Source of the DNA: Lingula anatina
Lineage: Eukaryota; Animalia; Brachiopoda
Assembly (NCBI GenBank): GCA_051362555.1
Contig: CM120641.1
Location: forward strand, 2,666,001 to 2,730,000
Length of the DNA stretch: 64,000 bases
Direction of reading: 5' to 3'
Positions 44,001 through 58,140 of the stretch are shown here, piece by piece (position 1 is the first letter of the stretch; the number at the start of each line of letters is the position of its first letter). The notes beneath the pieces were generated by a model. That model did no database searches, was not told where the DNA came from, and saw only the letters and a program-made list of their open reading frames with translations. The position numbers were made by a program, and so were the translations under genes.

Positions 44001-47000
44001 TCTCTGTTTTGATAGAACATAAAATTCGAAGTTAAATCCTGAAATACTACATCACCACTTATAAGTGTGATAAAAGAAGTAGATTGGCGTCATCTAAACC
44101 AGGTATTAACACTGCAAAAAATGATTTACACGGTTGCCAACTATTGTAATTTCACACGATTTCCAATAATCAACCGTCTCTGGCTTGTTAATGACATTTA
44201 CCCCCACAGATCTCACTGGGTTCTTAATATTCATTACATTCGACTCTATTCAGTAGTCTCGTGTTCTTGAGCTCTTACTCTGTTGAACCTTATGCCGGTC
44301 TCTATTTTCAGTTTTTTGAATTATACAATATAAGAAGAAAAAAGCGACTGGGATGGAGAGGAAAAAAACACCAGAAATCATGTTTGTTGCGTTAAATGAA
44401 ACTGAACACGTCCAGATTGCAAGGTTTACATACGACTGTATACGTAAACTTGAATTAAGAATGAGCTTCGTTGAGCTAAGTCATCTTTTATGGGAAGGAG
44501 TAAGAAAAAAAGGTGGATGACAAAAATGAAAGTAAATGGAATACACGGAAGCTAGAAAAGAAAGCGAAACCTGAGGCAAACAACTAGCACGTTTTGTGTA
44601 ATGAATTATTCTCTATGCTGAATTACTGAGAAAACAACGAAAAAGAAAATGATGGGTGGTCGAAACAGTAAATTGAATTAAGCTTACATAATCTAAGAGG
44701 CGAAAAGTTCAATACTGCGTCACGTTATTGCCGATGTTTTTTAAACATTTTCGCGGTCAGCTTTCCATCTCATTCTCCCTACCCCACCACCAGTCGCTAT
44801 CAAAAATCTCACAGCAACAAAAAGTAACAGAACAACATACACACAGGGAAGCAGTATTTAGTTTTTTTTTTCGGATTGTCAGACAGAATTTCCATCAGGT
44901 CTGTGCTTTATTCCCTTCCTATTAGGATATAAGTATTCTTAAGAACCATTTGTATAAATAAGACGTGTATAAACTAATCGACTACTTTTAGTATTTTGCT
45001 TAGGAAACGTTTCAAGATGGAACAACCCCCAAACTAATGAAGTCCAAAGTATCTTTAATTCAGGTTCAGAGTGGACTGTTACTCACTCTCACTTCGGTTG
45101 CAAGTTTGTTTCAGGAATTGAATTTACACCCAGACTTTCAGCGTGCTCTTTCTTGTTTTCAACTGTGTTCAATTTCTAGTCTGGTCATGTTCTGGATCTT
45201 TGTAAGCATTAGCAGCAAAACTCCCTTTTTGCTGCATTTGGGAATACGCGGCATAGATAGATATGAACTTTAAATAAAAGCAAATCATAACAGGGAACAG
45301 TAACCCGACCATAAACGAAGACACCTGCGGGAAACCAGAGACTAATTTAAATGATTTAAGTAATGATTGAATTTTCTGTTGAATGTCACAGACATGCGGT
45401 TACCCATTGACGTGTCGGAAGCGTTTTGCACTTGGTTTTTACCGTAATTTTTACCGTGACTTAAATAATGACCTTTTAATCCTTTTCAGTTATAAAAAGT
45501 ACCAGTTGTAAATCAACTCTTTCTGCAAAATCATGTTTGACTTGATTCTTTTGGGTTGTAATGTCTTTGCTGGCATGTTTATCACATAAAATGATTTTCC
45601 CGCTTACTCAGTAGTGTTAACGTCTACTGCTATACGATGAAACGTTTTCCAATTTTTTCTCGCTCTGTTAGCTTATTCAAATTTTGGTTCGGCCCTTAAA
45701 TGGCCCAACTTTGCCACTATGGTACAATGGATGGTAAATAAGGAAAGACTTCGGAGAGTATCTAACCTTGTAAAGCCATGTGCCATTCTCTGATGACACA
45801 ATTCATGAAGAGCACACTCTACCTTTTTTTAAACATGAGCTTCAGCATCATGATTACCAAATGAAACAGCATTGTTTTGGGAAACCTTACATTCGAGTCT
45901 AATTTAGATTCTACACACTCACATTTGACTTTTTTGGTGGGTACCTTTGGGCAAATTCTTCGAGAAGTTCGGTTTTATTTAGATCTCATCACGACCTCAT
46001 TTAATTTTTTGAAGTGGTACCTGATCAACGCCCCGTGGGCCAAATTGGTAAGAACCTCCCCTCAACATGGAGGTCTGACAGTTGACTTAGTTTTCATTGG
46101 GAATTACAACAGCGGATTGAAGCTACAATTACGCACTATTGTGTATCGTTGTCAGCTTGATTTCCACTAACTATGTTTACCCACTGCTTTTTTTCTTCTT
46201 TTGTAATTCTTGGCAGTTACAGTCAGTAGTGATTTAACAAGGAAGAATGCACGTGGCAAGCTCAAAAGCTGCGGCACACCGTATCACCGCGTTAATAAAT
46301 GGGATCAGGTGTGTTTACAAACAGAAATCTATTAAGACACAACATGGCTGTAACTGAAAAATTAATAGGCAATGAAGCACTGCACATGTTCACAGTAGGT
46401 ATATGAAGCATTTAAAAACCATTAAACTTAAAGAGACGATGAGAGAACCACTGAATATTTTTCTAACGGCAGAGCCAATCACCTTGAAAGATGGGCGGGC
46501 TGATTGATAGGCGGTCAGAAAGAATAAATAACGGGCGAGGACGGCTTTGGATAACCAGACAGACGGACAGACAAACAGACGGACAGACAGAGAAAGGCAT
46601 GCAGCGTCATTCTATTTCCCTTACTTTGTTGCGGGAAAACAATCATATACCCCAAATTACAATTAAAGGAAAAGCAAAATGGCATCCGATGAATACCCTG
46701 ATATATCCGTGAGATGCAGTAGCCAGAAGCAGTAAATAACAAAGTGGAAAGAACCCACCTGGTAGTGACAACCCCACTCTTACTTCATATTAAGATTACA
46801 CTTAACTATAGCCGCATCTAGACCTCAGTCTAAACTTTATCAAACCTGCTTTGCATTCCTGTGCACGAACTGAAAATATTGTTCAAATGCACCACTTCTG
46901 CTTTCCATATCTTGAAATGGTTTGAAAGGTCACATGCTTTTTTTGTGAAAAATACGTTGGGGTATGTTGCCTTAAAGTACCATTCCTTGTACCAGTAACG

Positions 47001-49755
47001 TTAACCAAGTCCAATATAATACTTCAATCTGGTTATATTTGCCGGCGAATATTCAGAAATGAGATATCCTGTTAATGAAGTAAAGCGAAAAGTGCACTAG
47101 ATAGAATGAATAGGGACGCTAGTATATTTAAACCTTTCACAGTCAGGACCTCCACTGGGCGGAATGTCGCCTTATTTTTTTCTTTTCATGTTGATCTTAC
47201 CTAAAGTTACACCATCTTTTCATACTTGACAAATTAAAGCTTATTTTATTTTTTAATCGGATTCTGCAGAAACATAGCTGGGAGGTTTGTTTAGAGAAAA
47301 GCTTATGCAAAAATTCATTCTTAACTTCAAACCGATTCTTCTTTGAGAATGTTTCTCATTTTGTCACACTGAGCCAAAACAAAACGACTGTGAAAACACG
47401 TGCTTCCAATGGCGAATTGATCAGTTTCTGTACATATCTCCTCAGTTGGTGGTAACAATCACACACGGAAGACAAACAAGCTTAAGTGACAAAATTAGTT
47501 ACATTTGTTTCGTGTATTCATGTGAAGGCTCTAGATGGCTAACATTCTGTCATGCGCGTTAGTGCATTTTAGTAAGTTTGTCGCTTACGTCATTGTCGAC
47601 TGGTATGCATTTCTTACACCCTTTCGGCCAGAGCAGCAGAAAAATGGTATACCCGTTCCCATGGTACAAATAAGAAGGATGCCTTTCAGAAGTAAAAAAT
47701 ATTTTTAAAACTGCATCCCTTTTCCTCCTCCCCATATTTAGTACCAAAAGCTCTCTCTTTCCCCTCAGAATCATATATTAGTTTCTTATTGAAGAGGGTT
47801 GTGGATATTTTTCCACTCCAATTCTAATGTACTTCATCTGCTTTCATTTCTACATCTTTGAATCCACTGAAAATCGGAGTTACCCGTTTTATGCTTCGTC
47901 AAACACACTGTGTCCTTAATATGCATAGGACGTGTTACAACTACTCTGTGCATGTTATTTCCCTCTAACATGTGTTGAGTAAAATGCACTTGACAGACGA
48001 GAAAACGCGTTCCTTTTAACACCAGTTACGCACCGTTAACCTGTAAATTGTGTCGCCGGTGGTCTGTAATAGCAGTGATTGTGTGAAAGAATAAGGCAAA
48101 ACTACGCTCACAATAAATTTGATGAAAGTTAATATCCGTGCCTTCAGTGGGACTTAACCTGCTTTTCGCTATCATGATATCTTTTTCCACGTAATAGCTC
48201 GGTGATAGATCGGTGCACAGGCAAAATCCGCATTAACGCTTTTACCACATATGTTGGTAGGAAATACAAGAATACCACTGTCAAATTCAAAAACACACGC
48301 TCTTCAATTTATTCACTTTATTTATTTCCCTTTTTTCGCGTATAAGAGATATGTGATTCCTTGTTACAATACGGATTCGTGTCGATACATTTTTTTCGTT
48401 AAAAGTTAAAAAGAATGAAAACAGTCACATTTGTTCTTCCTCTACCTTATGACGTTTTAGACATAAAGAGAAAAAAATATCAAAGATGAATACCCACTGT
48501 GCACAAGGCAACTTCCTTATGGTCTTCCTTTTTAATCAATTGATATTATGCTAACACGTCCCTCAACCTCAGTTAAAGGGTACTTGAGGTAACGTAATTC
48601 AAATGGCATGAAACTAGCCTGGTCTATAATTTACATGAGGTAAAGGGAACAGTCATAATTAGTGTAGTCTGGGGGTTAAAAAAGGAAGAGCCGACGCAAG
48701 AAATATTATAGATTGCAAAGCTTCTTTTTTGGGGTAGTTCTCAGTTTGTGCACAGGCGACCCGGTCGAGCGAGATCAGTCTAGATGAAAAGAGAAACCAC
48801 CTGGTAAAACATTAAAACACCTGTTGACAAGAATAGGTGTAAATTGCTTGATCAGTCGGAACGCAAAACAGAGTGGGAAACTGACAAGACAAGTGCTTAT
48901 ACCTGTTAGATGTTTAATTCGGTTAAGTGTAACTGCCTGTCTCTGTAAGACAGCTTTCATGCCTTTGTAAAAGAATCGTTTTAATTTCATAGACCATTAT
49001 TTTAGATTATTGGGAAAGCGTTTGTTTTAAAGTTCTTTTCAATCATGCCAACTGTCAGGTACGTTTACAAGTGGAATGCTCTTTAAGAACAAGTAATAGA
49101 ATAGAAACAAATACCAAAGATTCTCTCCGGGTTTACGGCTTTCTCCTATAAGTAAATTAAGACAAAAAATGATGCGACATAAAATCCGCTTTTATTTTAA
49201 TCGAATATAAAATATAAAGAAAGAATATGAATATTAAAAAAAGCTTCTTTTTTGTTTCAATATGCAGATTACTGCGGAAGGTTGAGATTCTACGACCCAA
49301 GTTACTACACCTGTTGTAACGGCGCCATTCAATACGGGGGCCGACAACAGTGCTGTGGCTATCTGGCCTACGACCCTTTACGATCAAGCTGTTGCAACGG
49401 ACAGCTTGCCGAGGCTACCAGCGGCTGCTGCGGCAGCCAGCCGTACGATCCCAGGTTCTTCACCTGCTGCGACAAAAAGCTTTACTCTGGCGGCCATCTG
49501 CGTTGCTGCGGTGCGAAGGCGTATGACCCTACGACGCACAGTTGCTGTTATGGCTTGATCTACGGCGGGGCAAAACAGGTCTGCTGCGGTCAGAAAGCGT
49601 TCTATAACGAATTTCATACCTGCTGCTATGGGAAATTGTCATTTGGCAGAGGCCACATGTGCTGTGGAAAGAGAGCGTATGATCCGAAATATTATACTTG
49701 CTGCAGAAACCATATCTACTTTGGTCAAGTTTTCTGCACTGGTGGCAAAAAGTAA
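41010..49755 (+). CDS. Secreted galaxin-like double-cysteine repeat protein (~206 aa); coding exons 41010-41142 and 49268-49755
   Basis: Exon A encodes a signal peptide (MAGGLNAPTLATVMRLLSVSLVLLLVVSPTST) and ends at a phase-1 GTGAGT donor. Exon B starts after TATGCAG in matching phase. It encodes six ~26-aa units of CG-x3-YDP-x4-CC-xG-x8-C with 11 CC doublets and 24 Cys in total. AATAAA at 49873. Additional internal exons cannot be excluded. Confidence 0.8.
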
Positions 49756-49891
49756 TATATGTAGTTTATGATGAAATTGATTAATTAATTAATTAGGTAA
49801 TTAATTCGCTGGTGTGAAAAGGTTCCCTGTGATATATACATATATTAACAGCCTAAGATGTGCATTAGAGGAAATAAATAGTCTTGGATCA

Positions 49892-50137
49892 CCTGGGCCC
49901 AGTTTCACCAACACTGGATAGCGCTATCCTATGGATAACACTATCCATGGGATAAAATTATGGTCCTCTGGACAGTTATCCTGAGGATAGCAGTCATTTT
50001 TATCCACTGGAAAAGCAAATGTTTAGAAAACACTATTTTACGCACAGGATAACTGACCAGAGGATAACAATTCCATCTAATGGATAGTGTTGTCCAGAGG
50101 ATATAGCGCTATCCAATGTTGATGAAACCGGCCCAGG
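49892..50137. mobile_element. Palindromic MITE directly after the galaxin-like poly(A) signal
   Basis: TIR CCTGGGCCCAGTTTCACCAACACTGGATAGCGCTAT versus reverse complement of right end CCTGGGCCGGTTTCATCAACATTGGATAGCGCTAT. The inner arms also pair (GGATAACACTATCCAT / ATGGATAGTGTTGTCC; CCTCTGGACAGTTATCCTG / CAGGATAACTGACCAGAGG). Confidence 0.85.
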
Positions 50138-53100
50138 AGTAAAAAAACTTACGCATATTTGACATTTTATCTTTTAACCTCAACGTTATGGCTATGATAT
50201 ACCGCCGAGGAAGAGAGATGTCGTCAGATTTTTTACACCCAGATTGGTTAGGTGAAGGAATCATCCGAGATAGCCTTAATTCTCGCGACTTAGCGTAAAA
50301 TCAAGCGAGATTTCGCTGATTTGGAAGAGCGTAAGGTTAGAAGTGACGGCAGACGAGCAAGCGCGTTTCGACAACGAATGAAATCTGTCAGAATTTATCC
50401 AGGGATATTTTTGGCTGTTTTCTCTGTTCTGTAGAGTTGCAGTCTTTTATGCAACAGTGCGTATTCACCATATTTTGTGAGTTACTTCTGTATTGCTTTC
50501 GAAGGCGACATTCCCGACGCATAGTTTATCCTTTATTGCTTAAGTCATAACCACCTCACGCAGATTCTCGCTTGTTTTATAATCTTGTATGATGTCACAC
50601 ATGTTTGAAACACATGTTTAAGGGTATCTCGGATTATTTCAATTTTTGATGAAATATCGTGACAATATATGTAAAATCTGATCATGTCATCTCATAAAAA
50701 AAAAAACGTTTTCAAATGTCTGGAGCTGTTTAGAGGAGAGCAAATAACCACCGAATGTTGTTGTTTATTGATATACCTTTTGACAGAAAAAATACGATTT
50801 TTTACCTCATCTTTGATGTGTTCAGGAATAATACATGTTTGTTGCCAGTATTATACCAGTCTTGCATTTCAGCTGTTGCTATCAATTTTACGTTTAATTG
50901 TCTTATTGTTCTTTTGATCCGATTCATAAGGTTAATTAAGGTTAATTGGACACGGAGTCGTCATATTTCCTAGATATTGTTACAGCATTTATGGGTACAG
51001 TCCGATCTGATATGTGGGATATATGTTAGCACAAGGTGACATCTGACAAACAACTGAGATTTTGACAAAGAAAACGGGACGAGTTTGAAATGTATATCGA
51101 TGGAATATACGATTATGGTGTATTTTTTGCTTTTAATGTTGAAGCTTACGTTTTGTAGATAGTTTATTAAAAAGGGGCAGTCTATCCATTCCCTCTAAAT
51201 TGTAAACATGATGCATTTCATTTTGTAATGAAGCGTATCGGTGAAAAGAAGGGTTTACTGATAAGACATAAGTTTTAGGCGCTGGATCTCCTCTTAAATG
51301 TCAATGGATGTGTGACTTTTACACACAGATGCGTTCATTCTTCTGGCCAAGAAACCGTTCAGAGTCTTGCCAAAAACAAGTATAGCTGACGACATCTTGT
51401 CCAGTTATCAAAGAGTCGGTTCGGTATCATTTTGCTGGGAGAAATAATACACCCTGTGCACCTCTATCTACCGAGGATGCCTGCCTTAGACCCGTGGTAC
51501 ATGAATAATGGACACTAGGCGAAACTAACCACGATTTATGATAATTTCATCAAATTGCTTGTTGACACGAATGCTACGAACACTTCAATTTCCTCAGTTG
51601 AAGATGACATTTATGAATTCTGGCTTAGAATATCGGCAACCTTTAAGCGAATGTCAAACTGCTTACTTTTCATGTGAAATGCATTTAAATTCCGAGGATA
51701 CCAAGACATCTTGCGTGCATTGATCGCTTCGATATGATCACGTAAAAGAAATTACAAGTTTGATGATTTAATTTAGGGGAAATCAGTGCTGTCTTATATC
51801 CAGTTGGTGTAAACTCCATCTACGCCCACTGTTCGCTTATCGTGTACGTGTACGACTATGATAAAGCCACTTACACTGCCATGTATTTTATGACTTTATT
51901 ATTAGAACTATTGAACGATTATTTCGTTATACGTATATTACCGGGGTTTATACGCGAGTTCAATATTGTTTTGTTTTGTTTTTTGCTTTTAATAATGCAA
52001 ATATTATGTATTGTTTCCGCTTTTTATATATATGGACTGATAGCATTCTATTAGACGGCCTCTGTGGCACTGCGTCAGTCGTGCAGTTCCCGAGGCATGA
52101 CTAGAAAAACATGGTCTCTATTTTGTACAGCCGACCTCCCTTGTGGTTCAATCTGTCTTTTAAATTATATAAATTGACCACACACACGTGGGAAATACAC
52201 GTGCACTTCTTTTTTGCTTTCACAAGAAAATCACTATATTACAGCGAATAATTTGAGATTGCTACAGCAGGATTAGTATATCAATATCTTGAAGGTAAAT
52301 GCTGGGTGCATGCATAAGCTTTGACTTTGAACAGCTAGTTGCTCTAACGTAATTTATATCAACGTGAAATCTAGCGCAAAACTTCACAGAGACAATGCGT
52401 TCTCCAGTAGACGATCTGATAAATAACGTCCATTTAGAACTTGCAGCAAAATCACTTTTTATTGATTTCCGCACTGTGCTTTCTATAGGCAATTTTACAA
52501 TAAAACTTCTTGGGAAAATGCCATTTTAGTTTGTCGTTTGTTTGTATTGAACAGCATATTTCGAAGCAATTTTCGGTTATTACTATTATTATCGTAACCT
52601 CATTAAAATTGTCCCGGTTTTTCTCTGAGTCCTTTCAAGAAATCTCACGCCAACGAATGAATCACTGTTGCGTTTTCTTTTGTAATGTGTTCCAGGCCTT
52701 GACCCCCGGTCCATTGCTTTTTCTTCATTTTCCCACTTAAATCTTGTTACTTAAATCACATCATTAGATTAACAGAAACCCCGGTCAAACCACTGACATT
52801 GGAATGCATGGACTTGCTAGGTCGCCCATTCATTTCATGAAATTAGAGCCGACAGGTAAGTGTTCAGGGGTGCTACAGGGGAGAGGACAGCGGTGATTTG
52901 TTGAACAAAGTGCCCCTGCTGGCAGTCAGTGTCAGTTTCCAAAGGTTATATTTGAACGCGTTATTAGGTCCACGTGGAACGGGTTTTCTCCGCCACTGGA
53001 CATACACATATCCCTTCAAACGCAACTGTGGTTCTCTTCTTTGCATCTCGATATTTGGTGTAATGGGCATTTGAGCCAGAAGAAAGATCAGATAAACGAA

Positions 53101-53724
53101 AACAGACGCGTGGAGAGCGCTACATTAGGCTTCGTTTGAACATCGATTTAACTGCCTTTTATTATTAGACAGTGATTAAAGTGGCATTTAAAAAAAAAAT
53201 TGTTCACAGGACACGCCCTTCCAAGTTAAGGCACGTTTTTAAATGTGGTTCCAGTCTGGAAGTAATGGGTTGCTGAGGCATCACCTGCAGCAGGTAACAC
53301 TGGACATGTGCACAAAAAGCAGCAACACTCTCTATAATCATTTTTAAAGGGATCGATATTAAGACTTCTCAAACACAATATAAAGTAGCGTAGGATTCAT
53401 ATTCATATTCCTAGTATTGACAAAAACTACAATCTTTTTGATAAAAATAATAATAAAACACGGTTTTAAAAAGAAAAACGTTTTTATTATGACATCCACA
53501 TCGAATATTGTAAGACAATTATACACCAAAGACTAGAACAAAATATATATGGTAAGATATGGCATTCATTTTTTTTGCATTTCACATTTTTACATTTTCA
53601 TTTTTATGACAATAAACAGATCTTGGTCACAAAATATTCATAGAAGTAAATCTTCCTTTCTGTATTCAATAACAAATATGACGAACATTGCACAACAATC
53701 ATAATGTTTGATAAACAATTATAT

Positions 53725-53895
53725 TCACCCCTGCCAAGGATGTCATGTTTCTGCCTTTGTAAGTTTGTTAGTTAACAGCTTACCTTTTTTTAGAATAGGT
53801 CAAAAATGGGCTAATTTGGAATCAATTAGATTTTGTTGTTGTTCAATTAAATAAATAATAATAAAACTTGAGCTGCCTTGGCAGAGGTGCTTTTT
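53725..53895 (+). mobile_element. Degenerate short HINE-like element in the probable ACP7 3' UTR region
   Basis: subTIRs CACCCCTGCCAAGG (53726-53739) and CCTTGGCAGAGGTG (53876-53889), 13/14 match, followed by a GTTT/GTTA-type short repeat. Confidence 0.5.
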
Positions 53896-54543
53896 CAGTC
53901 ACAATATAAAAATGAAAATGGATGGATATCAAAAACTGAATTCACTTAAGCTATACTTTAATTTAAATCCTGAATACCTTCTGGAGATGATATTTGAAAA
54001 GCATGATCGCTAAGAAATATCAATTTTGATATACATAGTTTTAAGTATGAAAAAAAATTCAACTTCCATGTCAGTAAAACAGTTCAGACAAGGAAGTCTA
54101 AAACAGCTGTTAATAGCACAGAATTGTCAAGCTCAATCACAGTAATTGTAGTATTAAACATTCTCAACCCATCCTACTTAATATAATGATGAGTTTAGAA
54201 TAAACCACAATAGATCACACATCATCTTCTCTTATTCATTCTACAATACAACCTCATGATTTCTAGCTCTCTGATATCTACTAGTCTCGAGTCTCTGTCT
54301 ATAGATAATTTTGACTAGTGGGTGCTGACAATGGATGTAGGGATAAGATCAGTCCTCACCGAAAAAGTAGGGAAATTGGCCGGGGGTCCAGGGAACATGA
54401 TTCACAAGAATGACCCAAACGACCCTGAAAAAGTCGAAATTCCGACAAAAGTCTGAAAAGTCTCATCAGTGTGAGTAAGTGGTTTGAGTAGATTGTGAAT
54501 GCATCTTTTATGTGTCACTGCACACCTGTAGCAATCCTCCCAT

Positions 54544-57500
54544 TTAATGACAGTTAAATGTCCCCATACCATGCTTCTCCTTGATCAACAGCATCTTGTC
54601 TATTACAGCACCATCCTGTAATGAAAAATGTAGTTTTTCAAATAAATAAATAAATAAATAAATAAATACATCTCTTAACATTTTGAAGAGCTTAACTCAT
54701 GAATAACTTATCTATCTTGGGCAAATTTGTAGACTTATCTTATTTGAATTATTAATATTTATGACTTTAAGTTGAATCACAGTTAAAACTTAACCAAGGC
54801 TTTTCTCAGCTAACTGTGTCATTTGGATGGCAGCCAGCATCACTGGATGGCCAATATTTTCAAAGACGACTCATGAATTTTTAAAAAAACTTTTGGCTTG
54901 GACTCGATCAAATTATATAGGAAATTACAGGTGATAACTTTGGATGGCTTGTGCCCCCAATCCTGGGAAAAGCCCTGAACTTAACACAAAATTCTGACCC
55001 TTAGAACACTTCACACAAACTGTCAGTTCCACAGAATGAAACTTAACTGAATTTTTTCAATACGAGATTCCAATTTTCAAAATGAATCATCTTAATACAA
55101 TAGAACTAATTCTTCATTAATAGAAGCCACACCAGGTGTATGTTTCTAGTTACCTTGTCATCAGAGACCTGCTCCAAATAGAGATGTGTAGAGTTGATGA
55201 TGTTCATTCTTGTGTAGCCATAGTCATCAGACCGGAATGCACTCCAGGGGAGACCATTAGAGATAAAGGGGTCTTCTCCTTCATCACAACCCTGGAAAAC
55301 AAATCATTTTTCACACATAAATGCCAATGTGCGAAACTGTCTTCCTTTTTTTTCCCAAGGGCTAATAGAAGTATACTTTAGTGAAACAAAAAAACATGCT
55401 GAACATTCTCAACTGCTTTCAGGACCTTGCAATCTTGTCTACATACATTACATCAAGACTACGTAACCTAAACCAGAAAGAAACTAAACTCTAATCAACA
55501 TCATCCGATAACCTGATTACAAACTGAATTATGTGAAATTACAAATTCTATGAAGAGTAATCAGACAGTATGGTAAAGTCAATAATCCCCTTTCTGGTCT
55601 AATTCTCACGATGTGAACTAAGGTTACTACTGGCTTTGTTAACTTACAGCAGATCCAGTTACTACATGTACTGGGGCTGGTGGGTTGCGATACGGCTCAT
55701 TGTTACTGCCATTGCACACCTACGAAATGAACAAACAGGAAAATCACACTCAAACAATATATACAGGTGTGGGTTTTGTTTTCATCCAAAAACATTTAAT
55801 CTAAAGTTGACACTAAATTCACTATTGCTGTTCTTTATATCATTCTAATTAATTGATAAATTTTAAGAAACTGAAGAGATCAAATAAAAGTTGTTTTTAT
55901 CATACATTTTAAGATGTGATATATTTGACTGACAACAATGAGACTAACCAAATGCCTCTGTATATTCAAATACTATCAGAGATTTACCTTTCTGTTATAG
56001 ACAGGCCACATCCTTTCATATGAATGCTCATGTCCATAGAAGTGCAGGTCTACCCCATACTTGTAGAACAGGTCCTCTAAACTGAATGCATGAACATGTG
56101 GAATACCCACTCGTACCTAAATAGAAATATCTCACTAGCTTTTAAATGGAGCACAGTAATATTCAAAATGTTAAAGAAATATAAAGTTCAGTAAATTTCA
56201 TCCACTAAAAGTAATAAATATGATAAAGAATTTGTAGTGTTTAAAACTAAATCAAAACCATTTATGCAGAATGGCTTTCAGTGATTATGTATTTACATAA
56301 TGTATTCTGTTCATTCATTCATTTTACAGTTAACAATTTCCACCCATAATGAAATATGTGACTTATAAAAAAACTGCACATTCTTCAGAAAAATCAAAAT
56401 GTCATCCATTAATTGATAGAGCAGAAAGCTTACATAGTTATCTATATTAGAACACATGGTAGGGTCGTCAGCATTGGAACAGTACATGGGTCTGTGGCCA
56501 AAGACAATAATCCAGGGTCTCTTGGCTCTGTTCTCTGGCTTGTTGGCTTCCTGAAAACCAAGAAATGAAAACTTAACAGAAAACAATTCCATGATTATCT
56601 AAAGTTTGTTGCAAAAAAAAATATTAGCTCGTGTGGCTCATTTTCAGTGCAATTAACTGCAAAAGAATGATAAAAGTCAGTTAGTATGTGTGAACAAATG
56701 AAATTTTTTTCATTTATAACCAGTACAAGATTTAGAAATGAACACTGGAGTACCTGCAAATCCTTCTCTAACCAAAAGTACTGTGTGAATATCTGTGACC
56801 AGCCATAGGAAACCTCATAGTAATACTCAGTACTAAAGGAAATGATGTGAGCTGGGCCCATGTTGAAACTGTAAAAATATGTCGAATAATTTCAATTAAA
56901 TAATCATATAATACAAAATTTTTATGCTACTTGTTTATGTATGTTTATATAAATCATTTTTTTCAACTTACTTGGAACAATTTACCTCTGATGGGGAAAG
57001 AGAGTTTTAAATACTTTGAAAAGGAAATGTTTTAAAAATACAGATGTTGAATAAAGACTCATACTGGAATAAGTTTTTTGCTATATTTCAGTACATAGTT
57101 TTTACCCTACCTGTAATACATATTCTTCTGTTCATCACCTGGCATATTAAACCTATACTTGTAGTGGGAAAAGTTACTGGAAACAGAAAACAAAACTATC
57201 ATTAAACTTGGAATACAAGAATTCTATCAAAATTAAAGCTTCTATGGTCATTGCATAATGTGACTTAGGATTAAAAGTAACTGCTTTTATGCACTCACAA
57301 ATAATGTAAACAACAATAAAAGTGTGAGAATAAAAAAAAACATTTGTATTCTTACTAAGCAGCCTCATGATTCCCTGGACATGTCATATAGGGCACATAG
57401 GCTGCCACTGTTTCTATCTGTCTCATAAAAGCATCTCCGATACGACCATTTGACTGTAAGAAAAATCAAAATCAAGAAGTTTATTAAAATTTGGATATTT

Positions 57501-58109
57501 ATAAACATATAAAAATAAAAAATTACTCTTAAAATTTTCTTAGTGATGCTACCATTCCACTAATTGTACTGTATGTGCTTCTTACAGTATTTTGGTTTAC
57601 AGACAACTGAATAGAGCAAGCTAATAATTTAACTCTGAAATCTAAGCTTAATAACTCTAAAGACTTACTGTATCAAGGTTATAAGCAATGTCACCTGAAA
57701 GAAAAAATAAAATGAAAAGTAATCTCTACAAATAAACTGACTTTAAAAAAGTATTCTTACAAATAAGTTTTAAGTGCCTTCTTCACTTTACTTCTGTTTC
57801 AAATATTTTGTAGATAAAACAGTTCTTAAAGACAACAGATACGTATACACGTTGACTTACCAACATGCAGGACAGCATCAAAATGACCTCTCTGAGTTTC
57901 TTGTTGTATTCTTGCCATAGACTGACTGTTCACATTGCCAAAGTCTCCATACACTAAAAGTCTGTAATGAAAATGAACAATTAAATTAATAATTAAATAC
58001 AATGCAATAATAGAATGGTTTAATTAATTTTCAGATGTGCATGGGGTTGCAACAAAAGAATCCACAAGAATTTAGAAATACGTATGTTTGTTACTCATTT
58101 TCTCTCTCT

Positions 58110-58140
<31 letters not shown>

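Noticed and set aside
54510-54525. IRE-like hairpin GTGTG-CAGTGA-CACAT (minus strand) ~20 nt after the ACP7 stop codon, attractive for an iron enzyme
   Set aside because: The loop and upper stem fit, but the required bulged C is a G and no lower stem forms.
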